DNA from: Chara braunii
Taxonomy: Eukaryota; Plantae; Charophyceae
Length of the DNA stretch: 64,000 nt
NCBI GenBank assembly: GCA_003427395.1
Contig: BFEA01000010.1
Location: forward strand, 3,856,888-3,920,887
Reading direction: 5' to 3'
Positions 46,084 to 59,377 of the stretch are shown piece after piece. Numbering within the stretch: the stretch's first letter is position 1; every line of letters begins with the position of its first letter. The position numbers were made by a program, and so were the translations under genes. The notes under the pieces were generated by a model that was given only the letters and a program-made list of their open reading frames with translations, searched no databases and was not told the DNA's origin.

Positions 46084-49000
46084 TTAGCGGCCTGCCTAGT
46101 CAACGTAGGTGTCATTTTGGCCTGTGTCTTCAGCCACCTAAGAGTCTCGTGGTCTAAATACACTTTGAAGTGTCTCCCAAGCAGGTAATGCTTCCAGTGT
46201 TCTAAGGCATGCCTGAAAGCGTAGAGTTCTCTCTCGTAACTCGAGGTAGCTACCTTCTCTGAGGGCATCCTCGCTGTTATGAACTCTACGAGTCTGTAGT
46301 CATTGCCCTCGTCTTGTTGTAACACGACGCCTATACCATACTGACTCGCGTCCGTGGTGACGACAAATGGCAAAGACGGATCTGCTACTTTGAGGACAGG
46401 GTACTTTATTAACGCGCGCTTTGACTTCTGGAGCGCGAACGTACAATCTTTGTCCCACTGCCAGATTGTTTTTTTCTTTAGCAACCGACGAAGGGGAGCT
46501 ACGATAGTCGAGAAGTTCTTCATGAACTTCCTATAGTAGTTAGCCAGACCTAGGAATGACCAGAACTCTGTCAGTATTTGGGGTGTCGGCCAATCTCTAA
46601 TCGCCGCTATTTTACTGTCCTTTGGCTTAATGCCATCTTCGTCTAAAATGTGGCCCAAGTACAAAACCAGTGTCTTGGCCCACTCGCACTTCTTCGCACT
46701 GATCTTGAAGTTTGTCTGAGTTTCTTCAAGACCTGCCTCAAATGACCCTGATGCTCTTGGAGGGTCCTATTGAAAACTAAGATGTCGTTTAAATAAACTA
46801 CGACGAATCTATCTAACCAAGGCCTAAACAAATCATTCATACATCGTTGAAATGTAGTTGGCTCATTGGTCAGTTCAAAGGGCATCACTATGAACTCATA
46901 ATGCCCATATCTAGTCCGGAAGGCAGTCTTGTACTGGTCATCAGGAGGAACCTCTATCTGATGATATCCAGACTTTAAATCTATCTTTGAAAAATATCTG
47001 CAAACTTGCACCCGATTTAGGAGATCGTATATTCAAGGCAGCGGTTCAACGTTCTTTACTGTGATCGCATTCAGACCCCTATAATCTATACACATGCATA
47101 ACTCTCCCTCCTTTTGGGGGACAAATAATACTGGTGCTCCATAAGGAGACGAACTGGGCCTAATCCAACCCTTTTCTAGGAGCTCGTCTAACTGCTTGCG
47201 CAGCTCCTTTAACTCCCTTGGGGACATCCTGTAGACTGCTCCCTTAGGAGTCCTACTGCCAGACTCTATCTCTATCCGGTGTTGGATCGGCCGCGGTACT
47301 ACTCCGGCCGGCGGCTCTGCTATGTCTTTAAACTCTTCCAGCATCTTGGCAATGGTTGGATCCATGGGTGTGTCTTCTTTAGGCTTAGTGACAGGCCTTA
47401 CATAAGCTACGAAGACCTGCTCCTCTAACTGCTCCTTTCTCACTAATCGCGCGAACGCGGAAGCACTGAGACAACAATGTGCCAGAGAGTTGTCTACTCC
47501 CGACACATGAAACAGACGGATCGTCTTAACCTCACCTGACGGACTAGGGAGCCTACACTCATGCTCTCTCAAATGGAGTGTGGGCCCTGCTGCCTCTCCC
47601 TACTCTGCTTCTAAAAACTTCTACATCTACTAACACTAGTTGTACTTTACTTTCCTTCTTCATTTTGGTCAGGCTGACATCCTTTCTTTCAATTCTTCTG
47701 CCACGCCTGTGAGGGAAGTGCCTAGAGAGATGCTAACACAAGCAATCTCTGGACAACTAACTAGGCACTGGCCTGCAACCTCTGTCATAGGCTCACGTGG
47801 TGTGGGAGTTTCCTGATGGTGCGCGCACACTTCCCTGCATGACCTAGTGGTAGGGGCAGTTGTGACCCTTACTGGCGGCTGCCTTTTGACCCCTGGGCAT
47901 CGGGCTTCCCTATACTTCGAACAATATTTGATAATATGGGCAGGGTCACTGCAGTAGATGCACTCCCCCTGCTCCATACGTCGTTGCCACACACGTTGGT
48001 TCAAGCCCAAGTCTTCCCAAGGCCGGCCCTGTGGTCAACCTGCGTGCCAACCTCCTTGCCTCTAAGGTGACTTTCTACCTTTGCGGTGCGGCGATCGACT
48101 AGGCCCTGAGCGATTCGGCGGGGGACCTTGACCCCAACCTCCCCCTTGACGGTTCCTTTCGCCGCCAACGCCATGTGCACCCGGACCTCGACCACCCATG
48201 ACCCGGCCCCCTCTACCTACGGCCTTCCTCCAACCGTGACAGCAACATCCGTCTTCCCCTGACTTACACCACTGTCCTCCTCCTCTAGCCCCAATTCAAT
48301 CTGGCTGTAGGGGACTTCGTTCGTACCACCCTCATCCAAAGTAAGGATCAGGTGACCCTTGGCCCTAACCTGACCTGAGATGGTATGTCCCTTCCACTTT
48401 TTTCCCTTGTCTAAGTCTTTATGCCAAAAAGTGGAAACTGGTATGGACGTTGCCTCGAACAGGACCACTTCCCTACTTAACGCATCATACGTAATATTGG
48501 TCTGTTGGGTCTTATCAAAGAAATGCCCTCGCAGGGGCTCTGGCATGACACGATAAAATAAGTTAACGAAGTGGGTCTAAGGGACCCCGTGGTCTGGGAT
48601 GGCTACAAGGTCATCCATCACTGCTTTGAGTGCTCTTGCACTCTTCCACTGCCTGGAGTGGATTGTTTGCAATTTATCGGAGGCCCTGATGCCCCTTGTG
48701 ACGTCAGCGAGCGCATGGAAGGCCATGAGGACTTGTTCCTCTGGCGCGATATGCTGTAAATACACATACGTGTTAATGTTGGTCTCCCAATTATCAAAAA
48801 TATCGTCCTTTTTCCCGCTATAAGAATCAGGAAATTTGAGCTTGACAGACTCTTTGCGGAGACGCGTTTTAGCCTCTGCCGTGGCCATTACCTTGGCGCC
48901 TTCAATGACGCCTGCACATAACTTTTATGCGTCTTCCTTTAATATCTTAACTTCGGTGACCCACGTCGTGCGCAAACTTTCTAAACCCGGTCTGGATGGA

Positions 49001-51060
49001 ATGGAGGGTCACTTCTTGGCCCTTATTAGCTTGATACTGCTCAGTCCAGGCCTGTCCCAAAATCTCGAGATAACTCAAGATCTTATCTAGTTTGGCCGGA
49101 ATATCCTGTTGTGCTCCCACTTCTTGCTTAGACGATTGTATCTTTTCTACTTCTCTGGCCATCCGGTTGGCCTCGTTCCTCCTCCTCTTCTTCTCCTTTG
49201 CCAGACGCAACTTTCACTCCAAATCTTTTTTCATCCTGCAACATGTGGCGGTCCAGGGGGTCCTCGATAGCTTCCAGCTCCCTGGGGACTGCTTCTTTCT
49301 CCTCCCGAGGCACATATAACACTGCCTCGTCATCTTCTCCAAGTGATAAATTAGCCACCCATTCGGATATCTTCTTCTCCATCCACTTATCTTCCTCCTT
49401 CGTGTCACTGCTTTCTCCTCATTCTCCCATACGCCTCCTGTGGAGGGCCTGCTCCACCTCCTTCGTGTCACTACTTTCTCCTCGTTCTCCCATACGCCTC
49501 CTGAGGAGGGTCTGCTCTTCTTCTTCTGGCTGCTCCTCTATCTCCTCTTCTTTTGCAACTAGTATTCTCTTTTCTTCCTCCTGTTGCAATCGTTGCATCT
49601 CCTCCTCCAGCTTCTTCTTCTTTGCCGCCTGCTCCTCGGCTATCGCCATCATCTTCGCCTGTCTAAGGNNNNNNNNNNNNNNNNNNNNNNNNNNNNNNNN
49701 NNNNNNNNNNNNNNNNNNNNNNNNNNNNNNNNNNNNNNNNNNNNNNNNNNNNNNNNNNNNNNNNNNNNNNNNNNNNNNNNNNNNNNNNNNNNNNNNNNNN
49801 NNNNNNNNNNNNNNNNNNNNNNNNNNNNNNNNNNNNNNNNNNNNNNNNNNNNNNNNNNNNNNNNNNNNNNNNNNNNNNNNNNNNNNNNNNNNNNNNNNNN
49901 NNNNNNNNNNNNNNNNNNNNNNNNNNNNNNNNNNNNNNNNNNNNNNNNNNNNNNNNNNNNNNNNNNNNNNNNNNNNNNNNNNNNNNNNTGGCGGCGGCTC
50001 GCTCCTCTTGAGCCTGGGTGTAAGGGGTAGTACTCTTTCCACTACGTCCACCATGGTGTCAGGTGCACAACTAGATATTAGTTTCACTCCTCACCACTTA
50101 GACTTCTACCCCCTGATTGACACAACCTACTGACTCAATTTATGGACCACAGAATCCGGACAGGATCCTGTCAACTAGGGTTACTGGCCTGGACCTAAAC
50201 TATGGTTGTCGCTACAGGACTTGTTGTTGACCAGGAGGCAACTAGGGTTACTGGCCTGGACCTAAACTATGGTTGTCGCTACAGGACTTGTTGCTGATCA
50301 GGAGGCAGTGTCCATCTCTCCTCACCACTTAGACTTCTACCCCCTGACTGACACAATCTACTGACTCAATCTATGGACCACAAAATCCGGACAGGATTCT
50401 GTCAATTAGGGTCACTAGCCTTGACCTAAACTATGGTTGTCGCTACAGGACTTGTTGCTGATCAAGAGGCAATGTCCATCTGGAAAAAAAAAAAAAAAAA
50501 CAAAGACGGGAGATAGCCGCGGTGGAAGATAGAGACGAGGAAGAAGAAGAAGGTTGGTGAGGAAGAAGAAGAAGGTTGGTGAGGAAGAAGAAGAAGGCAG
50601 CCATAGTCGGACGAAGAGTTGACCGGAGTTGACCGGGGGTTGACTAGGAATTTGACTTGGGTTGACCACAGCGTTGACCAGGGTGTAGACCAGCGTTGAC
50701 TAAGGCGTTGACCAAGATTGTTGGCCACGACTTTGACCAAGCTGGAGCCGGTATAATCTCGCCAAGCCTTCAGCTTATCCCCTCGCCCTATGGATGTGCA
50801 CACACCCTGTGGTACTTGCTGAGTCAAGTCAGTTTGTCTCTTCTTTCTGCATCGAGTCTCTTTTGTCTAGGTGTTAGGACTCTGTGGATGAAGGATAGGG
50901 CCTTGTTGACCAAACCCACACGGGCTGAGTAGGGCTAAAGATTGTGTCTGGCGACTCGACTGTCCCGGAGGACACGAACCCTCCCAAGGACCGGTATTGA
51001 CCGGCGGGCTGCTCGGTGTGGCACAGTAGGCCCAGAATCCGAGTTCTGGGCTGCACAACA

Positions 51061-51472
51061 GGCCGTCTAAGTCTTGAGAGGACTTGCTGATTGCGTCGTC
51101 CGGTTTGCGACGTTAAATAATTCCTGAGGAGTTACGGGGGATCTCCTTAAATGCCTCCTAATCAACAACAAGTCCTGTAGTGACAACCATAGTTTAGGTC
51201 CAGGCTAGATCCTGTCCGGATTCTGTGGTCCATAGATTGAGTCAGTAGGTTGTGTCAGTCAGCGGGTAGAAGTCTAAGTGGTGAGGAAGACTTGGGCTTG
51301 GACCAGCGTGTGTGGCAACAACGTATGGAGCAGGGGCAGTGCATATACTGCGGTGACCCTGCCCATATTATCAAATATTGTCCAAAGAATAGGGAAGCCC
51401 GATTCGCTGCCCAGGGGTCAAAAGGCAGCCGCCAGTAGGGATCACAACTGCCCTACCACTAAATGCAATCAG
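51061..51472 (+). mobile_element. Internally deleted family D fragment in the opposite orientation (leader fused to gag knuckle region)
   Basis: Reverse complement of ~50085-50250 joined to reverse complement of ~47845-48017 (CIYCGDPAHIIKYCP). Confidence 0.8.
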
Positions 51473-51473
51473 A

Positions 51474-51699
51474 CTCCCTTTCTTTCACACCTCACATGCA
51501 TGTAAACAGGTAGCGCAACAAACTGGCGTCAAGCGCCCGCTCAGAACTTAGAGATATGGTAACCAAGAACACAGTTCAGACACAAGCTCACTTCAGATGG
51601 CTATGGCGCATCAGTGCCTGTACAACTCTCTGTTCGTCACTCACCCAACTCTGCTGTTCACACACAGGATCACCCTGGATATCCCACACGCAACACACT

Positions 51700-51739
<40 letters not shown>

Positions 51740-51980
51740 CACCCTTCTTCCAGCTATGGCGGCTATGGGCGCTACTACCTCTACCGCTATGGGCTAAACT
51801 CCCCTTTTCGCCCACTTCGTCTTCGGGCATACTGCATACCACCTCACACAAGTCGTTGTGGCAGCGCTTCCGCATGGCTTACTGAGGAATGAATGAATGG
51901 CTGGGCGCTGCCTCTCGTTGGTCTGCCCCTTTCCCATGCTCGTGGTGCACACAACCCCATACGGTACTTGCTTGACTGGG
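51474..51980 (-). repeat. Family D LTR fragment containing a (CA)n tract
   Basis: 51628-51977 aligns with 37834-38195. Confidence 0.75.
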
Positions 51981-54900
51981 GTTAGTCAAAGTGTTTCTTA
52001 GGTTCCCACTAGTCAGACTGCTGGCTTGCAAGTCACCCATCAAACTCAACTCACTCGGAGGATTATGAGATCCTCCAAGCGGAAGCTCTTCATAACGAGT
52101 TGCAACAGCAGTTGAGAGATGCAGCAGAGAGAAGACAAAGAGCGATAACGTGAAAACCTAGATTAGGAGCAAGGAGGCAGGAGTTAGGAAAGTTAGAAGC
52201 ACTGGATGAATCTACACTGGACCTTGCAATACAAGCGTTGCGTCGCTCGTTGCTATGTGTGGAAAACGCAGGCTGTCCAGCAGGAAGTGTTGGCTCAACA
52301 AGTGGCTGGTCAGAACCGGATTCTGGCTGCACTGCAGGCTCCTCGTCCAATGATGAGGCAGCCTCAATACGCTGTAGCTCCCCCTTCAGTTGCAGGTCCC
52401 TTAGTCATGCCATTGCCGGTAGGGCCCTCCTCTCCTATGTTTGGTCTGCCTCCTTCAAGTGGTTTAGTAGCAGTTAGTGGCCCGGTCCTTAGTACTTCTC
52501 CTGTACTATCGAGGACGGTGGCAGCTACAGTCCCATCGTCAGGGCAGGCTTAGGTCAACGAGCAACAACTTGTCTCAGTGGCTATGCAGCCACTGCAACA
52601 ATATCCTGGGCCAATCCAACCCACGCAGTGGATGCCCAAGATTCCCTTGGTAAGTCCTAAACCTTTTTTCGGCGACAGGAAAAAGCATGAAGACTTGGAC
52701 ACTTGGGTGAAAACTCTGCTTACTTATTTGAGGCACAAGCTCACAAGGCCAGAACAGGAAGTTATAGTCACTGCCTCCTTTTTAGAGGGATCGGCAACAC
52801 GATGGTTAAACGGTCTAGTGCAGCAGCAGGGCTATGGTCAAAACTTTGATGTCCGGGTCCACGCCGAGACATTAGAGTACTTTGTACGGACTGTGTATAA
52901 CAGTTGGCATGACCCTTAAGGGGCACAAACGGCCTCTGACGCAATCAACAGTCTCGGTTCCAAACGGTACCGGACTATGCTAGAGGTCACAGACGTCGTA
53001 GAACGTATGATCGTTGTGCATGGTGTACGATATAACCCATATGTACTCCTCACAGACTATCTGAGATGTCTATCTACAGACGTCAAGAATAAGCTTGTGG
53101 ATGAGGCCAATGTCGACGTCCATAATTTCGCTTCTTTCAGCAAGAAAGCCTTAGACATAGAGGCTAAGCTTGGGTCCGCTCATCAGGGTCAGGTAGATAG
53201 TAGAAGGAAGAAACTTCCCCAAGACTGGGGGAAGAAGGACAATCTCATGTTCGTCGATGATGATGGTCAGGCGACGGAGATTGACGACTTCCCTGACTAT
53301 CGGGAAGACACAGAGCAGGATGGGTCTAGTGAGACTTCGGACGGGGGAGTTGTAGCACGCATCACGAAAAACACAAAGGGGACCGGGAAGCAGAAGGTAG
53401 GCTGGTCCAAGGGTCAGGGCGACCAAGGAACGCCCGCATGGGTAAAACTTGGTTTAGATTACGAGGTGTGGAAGGACCGAGATGCTAGGGGCACCTGTCT
53501 AAACTGTGGCAACTATGGCCACACGTCCAGGACATGCTGAGGTAAGAAGGTCACCACGAAGGTAACCTCTCGAATAGTGGTGGGCTTATCTTCGAACCCT
53601 GGTGGTGCTTCTACGAGCACTTCACAAGGAAACACCTTGGGTCAGAAGGAGTGTTAACCGTTCAGACACATTCAAATCCACCGATGTTCTGCAAAGGTCC
53701 TAGGGGTGAGCATTTCGTGGTAGAGGTTGATGTAGGTGGCCACAAAGTGGGCGCACTCGCGGACATAGGCTCTACAAGAAATTTCATTAGTCATGTTTGT
53801 ATGGATAGACTGCGCTTAGGGGACCAACTTCATCGGCTTAGCAGATATGTAGCCTGTACGCTAGCCAACAAGCATATCATGGTGGTCCAAGACTATGTCA
53901 AGGACATAGTCTGCACCTTGCAGTACAGAGGAAGGGAACTGAAACACAAGATCTCGTTCCTAGTCAGCGACGAACTGCCATTCGATATGTTGCTAGGCAT
54001 GTACTACCTTAAGGTTGCTCAACCTAACTGCTATAAGCAGAATCACGAGGAGGGCAAGTACCTAGTCTTTGTCTCTGAGAAAGGGGAGGTTGTAAAATCA
54101 CCCCCATAGATAGAAGTAGTCGTTGCTCAGTTATCAGACCTTTTTTAGGAGCTTAGTGGTGTGGTGGAAAGGACGATTGTCCATGCGATAAAAGTCGTCC
54201 CTAGTAGCAAAGTACCTAGAGGACAGATCTATACGATGTCTCCTGCGGAGTTGTATGAGCTCCGCCGCCAGCTAAAAGAGCTTACAGAGAAGGGATGGAT
54301 TCGGCCTAGTACCTGGGAGGTACACTGAGGAAGTGCGTTGACTATAGGGGCTTCAATGCCATCACCGTTAAGAACGTGGAGCCCCTACCCCGCATTAACG
54401 ACCTATTGGATAAAGTGCAGGGATGCGGGTACTTCACAAAGATAGATATGAAGTCCAGATACCATCTGATTGCCATTACATCAGAGGACCAACACAAAAT
54501 CGCTCTTCAGACCAGGTACGGTCTGTACGAGTTTCTAGTGATGTTATTTGGCCTATGCAATGCACCTAGAACATTCCAACACGCGATGAATATTATCTTT
54601 CATGACTACTTAGACAAGTTTATCGTCGTGTACCTCAACCGTATCCTTATCTTTAGTAAAACGATAGGAAAGAAGGTTAACAATAGTCGTATTTTTCATC
54701 ACCACTTTAGGACACCCTTCACCACTTCAGCCTGCCTAAACAGGTGGTTTTCAGCGTCTTCAGACCTTTCACCAGTTCAAGATCATTCAGGTCTGAAAAT
54801 CATGAATGGTCATGAAGTGGTGAAAGCTCCGAAGACCTTGAAAACCACCTGTTTAGGCAGGTTGCATCCTCAAGTGGTGAAGAGTGGTATTCATGGTCTT

Positions 54901-57380
54901 GAGACCTTTCACCACTTCAGGACCATTCAAGATTTTCAGACTGCCCAAAACTCTCACTTGACCATTTCAGGACACCCTTCACCACTTTAGGATACAGCCT
55001 GCGTAAACATGTGGTTTTTAGGGTCTTCGGACCTTTCACCACTTCAGGACCATTCAGGATTTTCAGACTGCCCAAAACTCTCACTTCAGAATTTTCATTC
55101 CTGAATTTTCAGCTACCCGATAACCGCTTGTGGAGTATAGAGGAGCACGTTGAACACTTGAAAACAATGCTAGATCTCCTAAGGCAGCACCAGCACACGG
55201 TCAACTTGGAGAAATGCGAGTTCGGTCGCACCAAGATCTTGTACCTGGGTCATGATATTTCTACGGATCGGTTGACGCCACATGATGCCAGAGTGGCCAA
55301 CATATGTGACTAGCCCAGACCTCAGACTATTACTGAGGTCCGGTCGTTCTTGGGGATGACGGGCTACTATCGTCCGTTTGTCAAAAACTATAGTACTATA
55401 GCTTCCCCATTAACCGACCTAACCCGCCTTGACACCCCTTGGGAGTGGACCGAAGAGTGTGAAGCAAGCTTCAAGAAATTGAAGTATGCCTTAACACACT
55501 GTGAAGTCCTCAAACTTCCAGATCATGAACAACCCTTTGTTGTGACCACAGACATCAGCCAATATGGCATAGGCGTGGTCCTTGTGCAAAAGGAGGCAAA
55601 AAAGTTTAGGCCTATCGAGTACATGTATCTTCTCAAAAGCTAGCAAAGTCTACGTATGAGTGTGAGCTCTATGCCCTTTACATAGCGCTGGTCCATTGGA
55701 AAAAGTATCTCCTAGGCAAATTCGTCTACTTGAGATTTGACCATGAGACTTTGCGCTGGATCAAGTCTCCGCCTGTACTCTCTGATGCATTTAAAAGGTG
55801 GATTCAAGTGATAGACATGCATGACATTCAACTTGACCCAATCAAGGGAGACTATCAACTTGACCCAATCAAGGGAGAGTACAATAAAGTGCAAGATGCA
55901 CTATCGGGTAGGGCAGATTATCTGGGCGCGCTAGTGACTGAGTTTGGTATATCAGGTGATGTAACTTGATCCTTGGTGGAAGCCTATCAAGCGGATGACG
56001 TTATGTCATAAATCATCCATATGTTATAAGTAAAAGACATAGTAACTTCTGACCAGTTTACTGTAGTCAATGGTTTGTTGTTTCTTGAGAAGGCTGCGAA
56101 TAAAAGGTTGTGTGTACCCGATAGGTAGTCTTCGCTTAGTTTGTTTTTTAGGTGAATGTCATGATGCAAGTGGGCATTTCGGCTATTAAAAAACAACAGC
56201 TAACCTAATGCAGAGATTTTGGTGGTCGTCTACGATGCAAGATGCAAAGAAGTATGTTGAAACATGTCAGGTTTGCCAACGGGACAAACCTAGTGACCGA
56301 TTCCTGAAGGTTGCAGTCAAAGTGTGTCCATGGACTTCATGGATACCCTGGTGACCAGCAAGAGGGGGAAAGGACAAATCTTCGTTGTAGACTACCGATA
56401 TGCCACGTATGCAAGACTAATTGCTCTGCAAGAAACAACAAAGACTGATTATGTCATCAAGCTGTTTATGGATATCTGGGTGTGGGACTTTGGTTTGCCC
56501 AAGTCCATCGCCAGTGATAGGGATGTCCGCTTTACTAGCGAATTGTGGCAAAACATTGCCCAACAGCAGGGTACCAGACTGCAGATAACATCAGGGAATC
56601 ACCCTGAGTAAAATGGCCAAGAGAAACAAATGAACCGAGTAGTGCAACACCTGCTAAGGCATTACATCAAGCCAAGTCAGGATGAATGGGACAAGAAATT
56701 GCCTCTCGTCGCCAGCCTGCTCAACAACACTGTGCACATCACTACTGGCATGACTCCCAACCAACTACATCTTGGTTGCAAGCCCAGATCCACCCTTGAT
56801 TTCCTATTGCTTGAAAACCATTCAACTGCAGCATCCGATAGCATAGAATTTGTTGTCAAATACGAACAGATGCTGCAATAGGCTGTTGAACAATCTTAGG
56901 ATGCTTGCATCTGAGAACAACACAGACGGCCTTCTAACTACCAGTTGGGGAACAAAGTCTGGGTTAAGTCATCTGAGTTGGGTTAGGAGATAGGAATCTC
57001 TAAAAAGCTAATGCCACAGTATTCCGGTCCTTGGGAGGTCCTAGACAGAGATGGGGATCAGATGGACAGACCTTCCTATGTGATTCGCATCCCACCTCAC
57101 CTCCGCACACACCCAGTCTTTCACGCGTCAAGATTGGCACCTTTCGCAGAGACTGCCCAGTTTCCCTCCCGACGGTCAAGGCTGCCCCCAACCATGAATG
57201 GTGAGGTCGACATTGACGGGATTGTGGAGCACAGGGTGATGCATGTACCAAAACCTCCCAGCAGAGGCCGTCCTCCCAAACGAAGGTCGCCGGTTCACTA
57301 GAGAAGAACTCCAGCGAACAACACCCCAACTGATTGCAGGCTACGAGAAAGAACTTGAGGGAAAGTAGCCTGCAAATTAA
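51981..57380 (+). pseudogene. Family A copy A3 gag-pol (5'-truncated, heavily decayed)
   Basis: Gag CLNCGNYGHTSRTC; protease LADIGSTRNFI; RT and RH motifs; INT SMDFMD, SDRDVRF, HPVFHASRL, chromodomain. Confidence 0.92.
54667..55135. mobile_element. ~470-bp non-coding foldback/repeat insertion in A3 RT
   Basis: Interrupts ..ILIFSK | IEEHVEHLK; inverted arms ~54720-54779 and 54813-54880 plus repeated ttcaccacttcaggac units. Confidence 0.6.
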
Positions 57381-57420
57381 AAAACTTCTCAGGGGACTAT
57401 CGAAGTAAAGGAGGAGGGAA

Positions 57421-58254
57421 TGCGAGGATGTGGCTCCTCGGCAGGCCTAAAGGAGGAGGGAATGCGAGGATGTGGCTCCTCGGCAGGCCTGAGGGGCCCT
57501 TGGTGCAAATGTGCCCGCCGTAAGTGAAGGCGGGCCTAACAAATCATAAGAGGCCCAATACTGTCATATTCGTATTTGGGGTGCAGGCAGTTGTGTCGCA
57601 TCAATTGGTTGAGGGCACCCAGGCCCCGAGCAACAAAGAATTTTCACGGCCTTCCAGGCCTTTATAAAATGCAGGCCCTCAGCAGGAATTGCAACAACAT
57701 ACACTGACAATTGGGGAGCCTAACTGAACGAGGCCCAACAGCTACAGTTGAGGCACAACCTGTTGGGGCCTACCGAAACCTTTTTTGGGCACAGGCCCAG
57801 CCCAGCCAGGCCGCCAGGGGCATGCAGACTCTTTCTATATAAGAAAGAGCTCGCTGCCTTAAGCTCATTCAGGCACTTGCCAGCTTTGCGGGAACGCTGC
57901 TGGAGCGGACGCTCTCGTGCTGCTGTTGTGCGCTAAGGGCAAGGTGTTGTGCACGTGCGGCCGTGTGAGAAGAAGGGTGTTGCGGAGGACAGCGCCATAA
58001 CCCAGCCTCCATAGCTGGCTTGGGCTTGGACTACAGTGAGGCGTAGGGGTGGTCTTCGGGTGTATAGAGGAAAGACGTGGGTGGAAATCGAGGAAGAAGG
58101 CAGGATGATGATGATGATGATAATGATGTGCGGGCACATACCTAGTATTGACGATGGTCAGTGCTGCTTTCTGGACACTGTGATACTTTCTGACCTTCAA
58201 TGTGATTGTGCAATCTGGATTTGATCATCTCGGCTATTGCTCATTTTCCTTGCA
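57421..58254 (+). repeat. Family A LTR shared by copies A3 and A4, with a 42-bp duplication of PPT plus LTR start
   Basis: PPT aaaggaggagggaa, termini TGCGAGG..CCTTGCA, PBS-like ttgtatcagagt at 58258; 57406-57447 repeated at 57448-57489. Confidence 0.85.
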
Positions 58255-59377
58255 ATTTTGTATCAGAGTCAGTTCAAAGTGCGCTTTACTGGTTCTTCGC
58301 AATAGTTGTTCGGTCCTCCGCATAAGGTGTGGGGCAGTGATAAGGCTTGGGCGTTGGACGATAGGCGACCGAGGGTCGTGTGGGCGCGCCGAGAAGGCTA
58401 TGTGGTGACATAAGGGGTGTACGTTGGATGATGATAGCTCGCTGATGTGGCATTTAAGCCGGGCTGGAACTGCATTTCGTAGTGGGTTGTGCCGAGCCAA
58501 TCATAAATGCATGTCAGGTTGCTGGTGTGAGGAAGGGAGTTCTGTCTTGAGAGTCCTCTCAATGTGAGGCATAGCGAGCACTCAACCTGGAGTGTCGCCA
58601 TCCTTCCTGGGCAACAAGCTGGTGGGAGACGGGCGAAGCTTCTGAAGGGCCCTAGACGAAGCACTCGGGTCACGGTCACCATGCCAACCCACTGGGACTA
58701 GTACGCGCATGCTTTGGCTCAAGTCCTTGGTTTTGTTGTTACGCAATAGAGGTCATGTTGGGCATGCCAGTCCTTTGACAGATGCTCACCAGACCGTCTG
58801 TAAATATTTTTGGCAGGTTCCGGACTTGAACCTGGTTGTGATCGTCGTCCTGTCTGCGACGTTAAATAATTCGTAAGGACCTTGCGGGCTGTCCTTAAAC
58901 TTCCTCTTGATCAGCCAGATCAAACCGGAAGTAAGGTTTGTTGCATGCGAGGGTAAACAAAGTGCAAGGGCTGGCAGGCTTAGCATAGACTTGGGGCACA
59001 TTGGTGGGCCGAATTGCACACCTTCAGACACGTCGCTCAACCAGATGCTTAGGGCGTCGACACAAAGTGACTACTCAAGAGGGATACAGGGAGAGGGGGG
59101 ATTCCGATAATTGTTTGCTGAGATACTGATTAGATAAAGTGCCATCCAACATACATCTCCATACGTGAACTGTTTGTTGCATTGCATTTTGTTCTATAAT
59201 AATCTAAGAATAGAAATAGTGTCACATGTAGCGTGTAGGTTCTGACACTAGTTGTTGTTGACCACTTAACCACTCTCCAGCATTACCGAAAGTAGTTGAA
59301 TATCATACTCGGTTAGGTGTCATGCTGAGGTAGGATTCCGTGTGGATTCTAGTTTAGACCACACACCACTATAGCCC

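Larger units (their letters stand above)
37834..50480 (-). mobile_element. Element D: decayed chromovirus-type Ty3/gypsy element, interrupted by a LINE; its 3' LTR (about 37834-38586) is cut by element C
   Basis: Minus strand: gag (FPDSYSGKKDD..W; CIYCSDPAHIIKYC), RT 46643-47572, RH 45825-46664, INT 39069-39750, chromodomain 38625-38918, PPT-like aggacggtgggag before TG at 38586. Confidence 0.88.

Noticed and set aside
50500-51060. Possible LTR of a further family (minus strand start TGTTG at 51060)
   Set aside because: Only short similarity to the D LTR, with no partner LTR, PBS or TSD visible.
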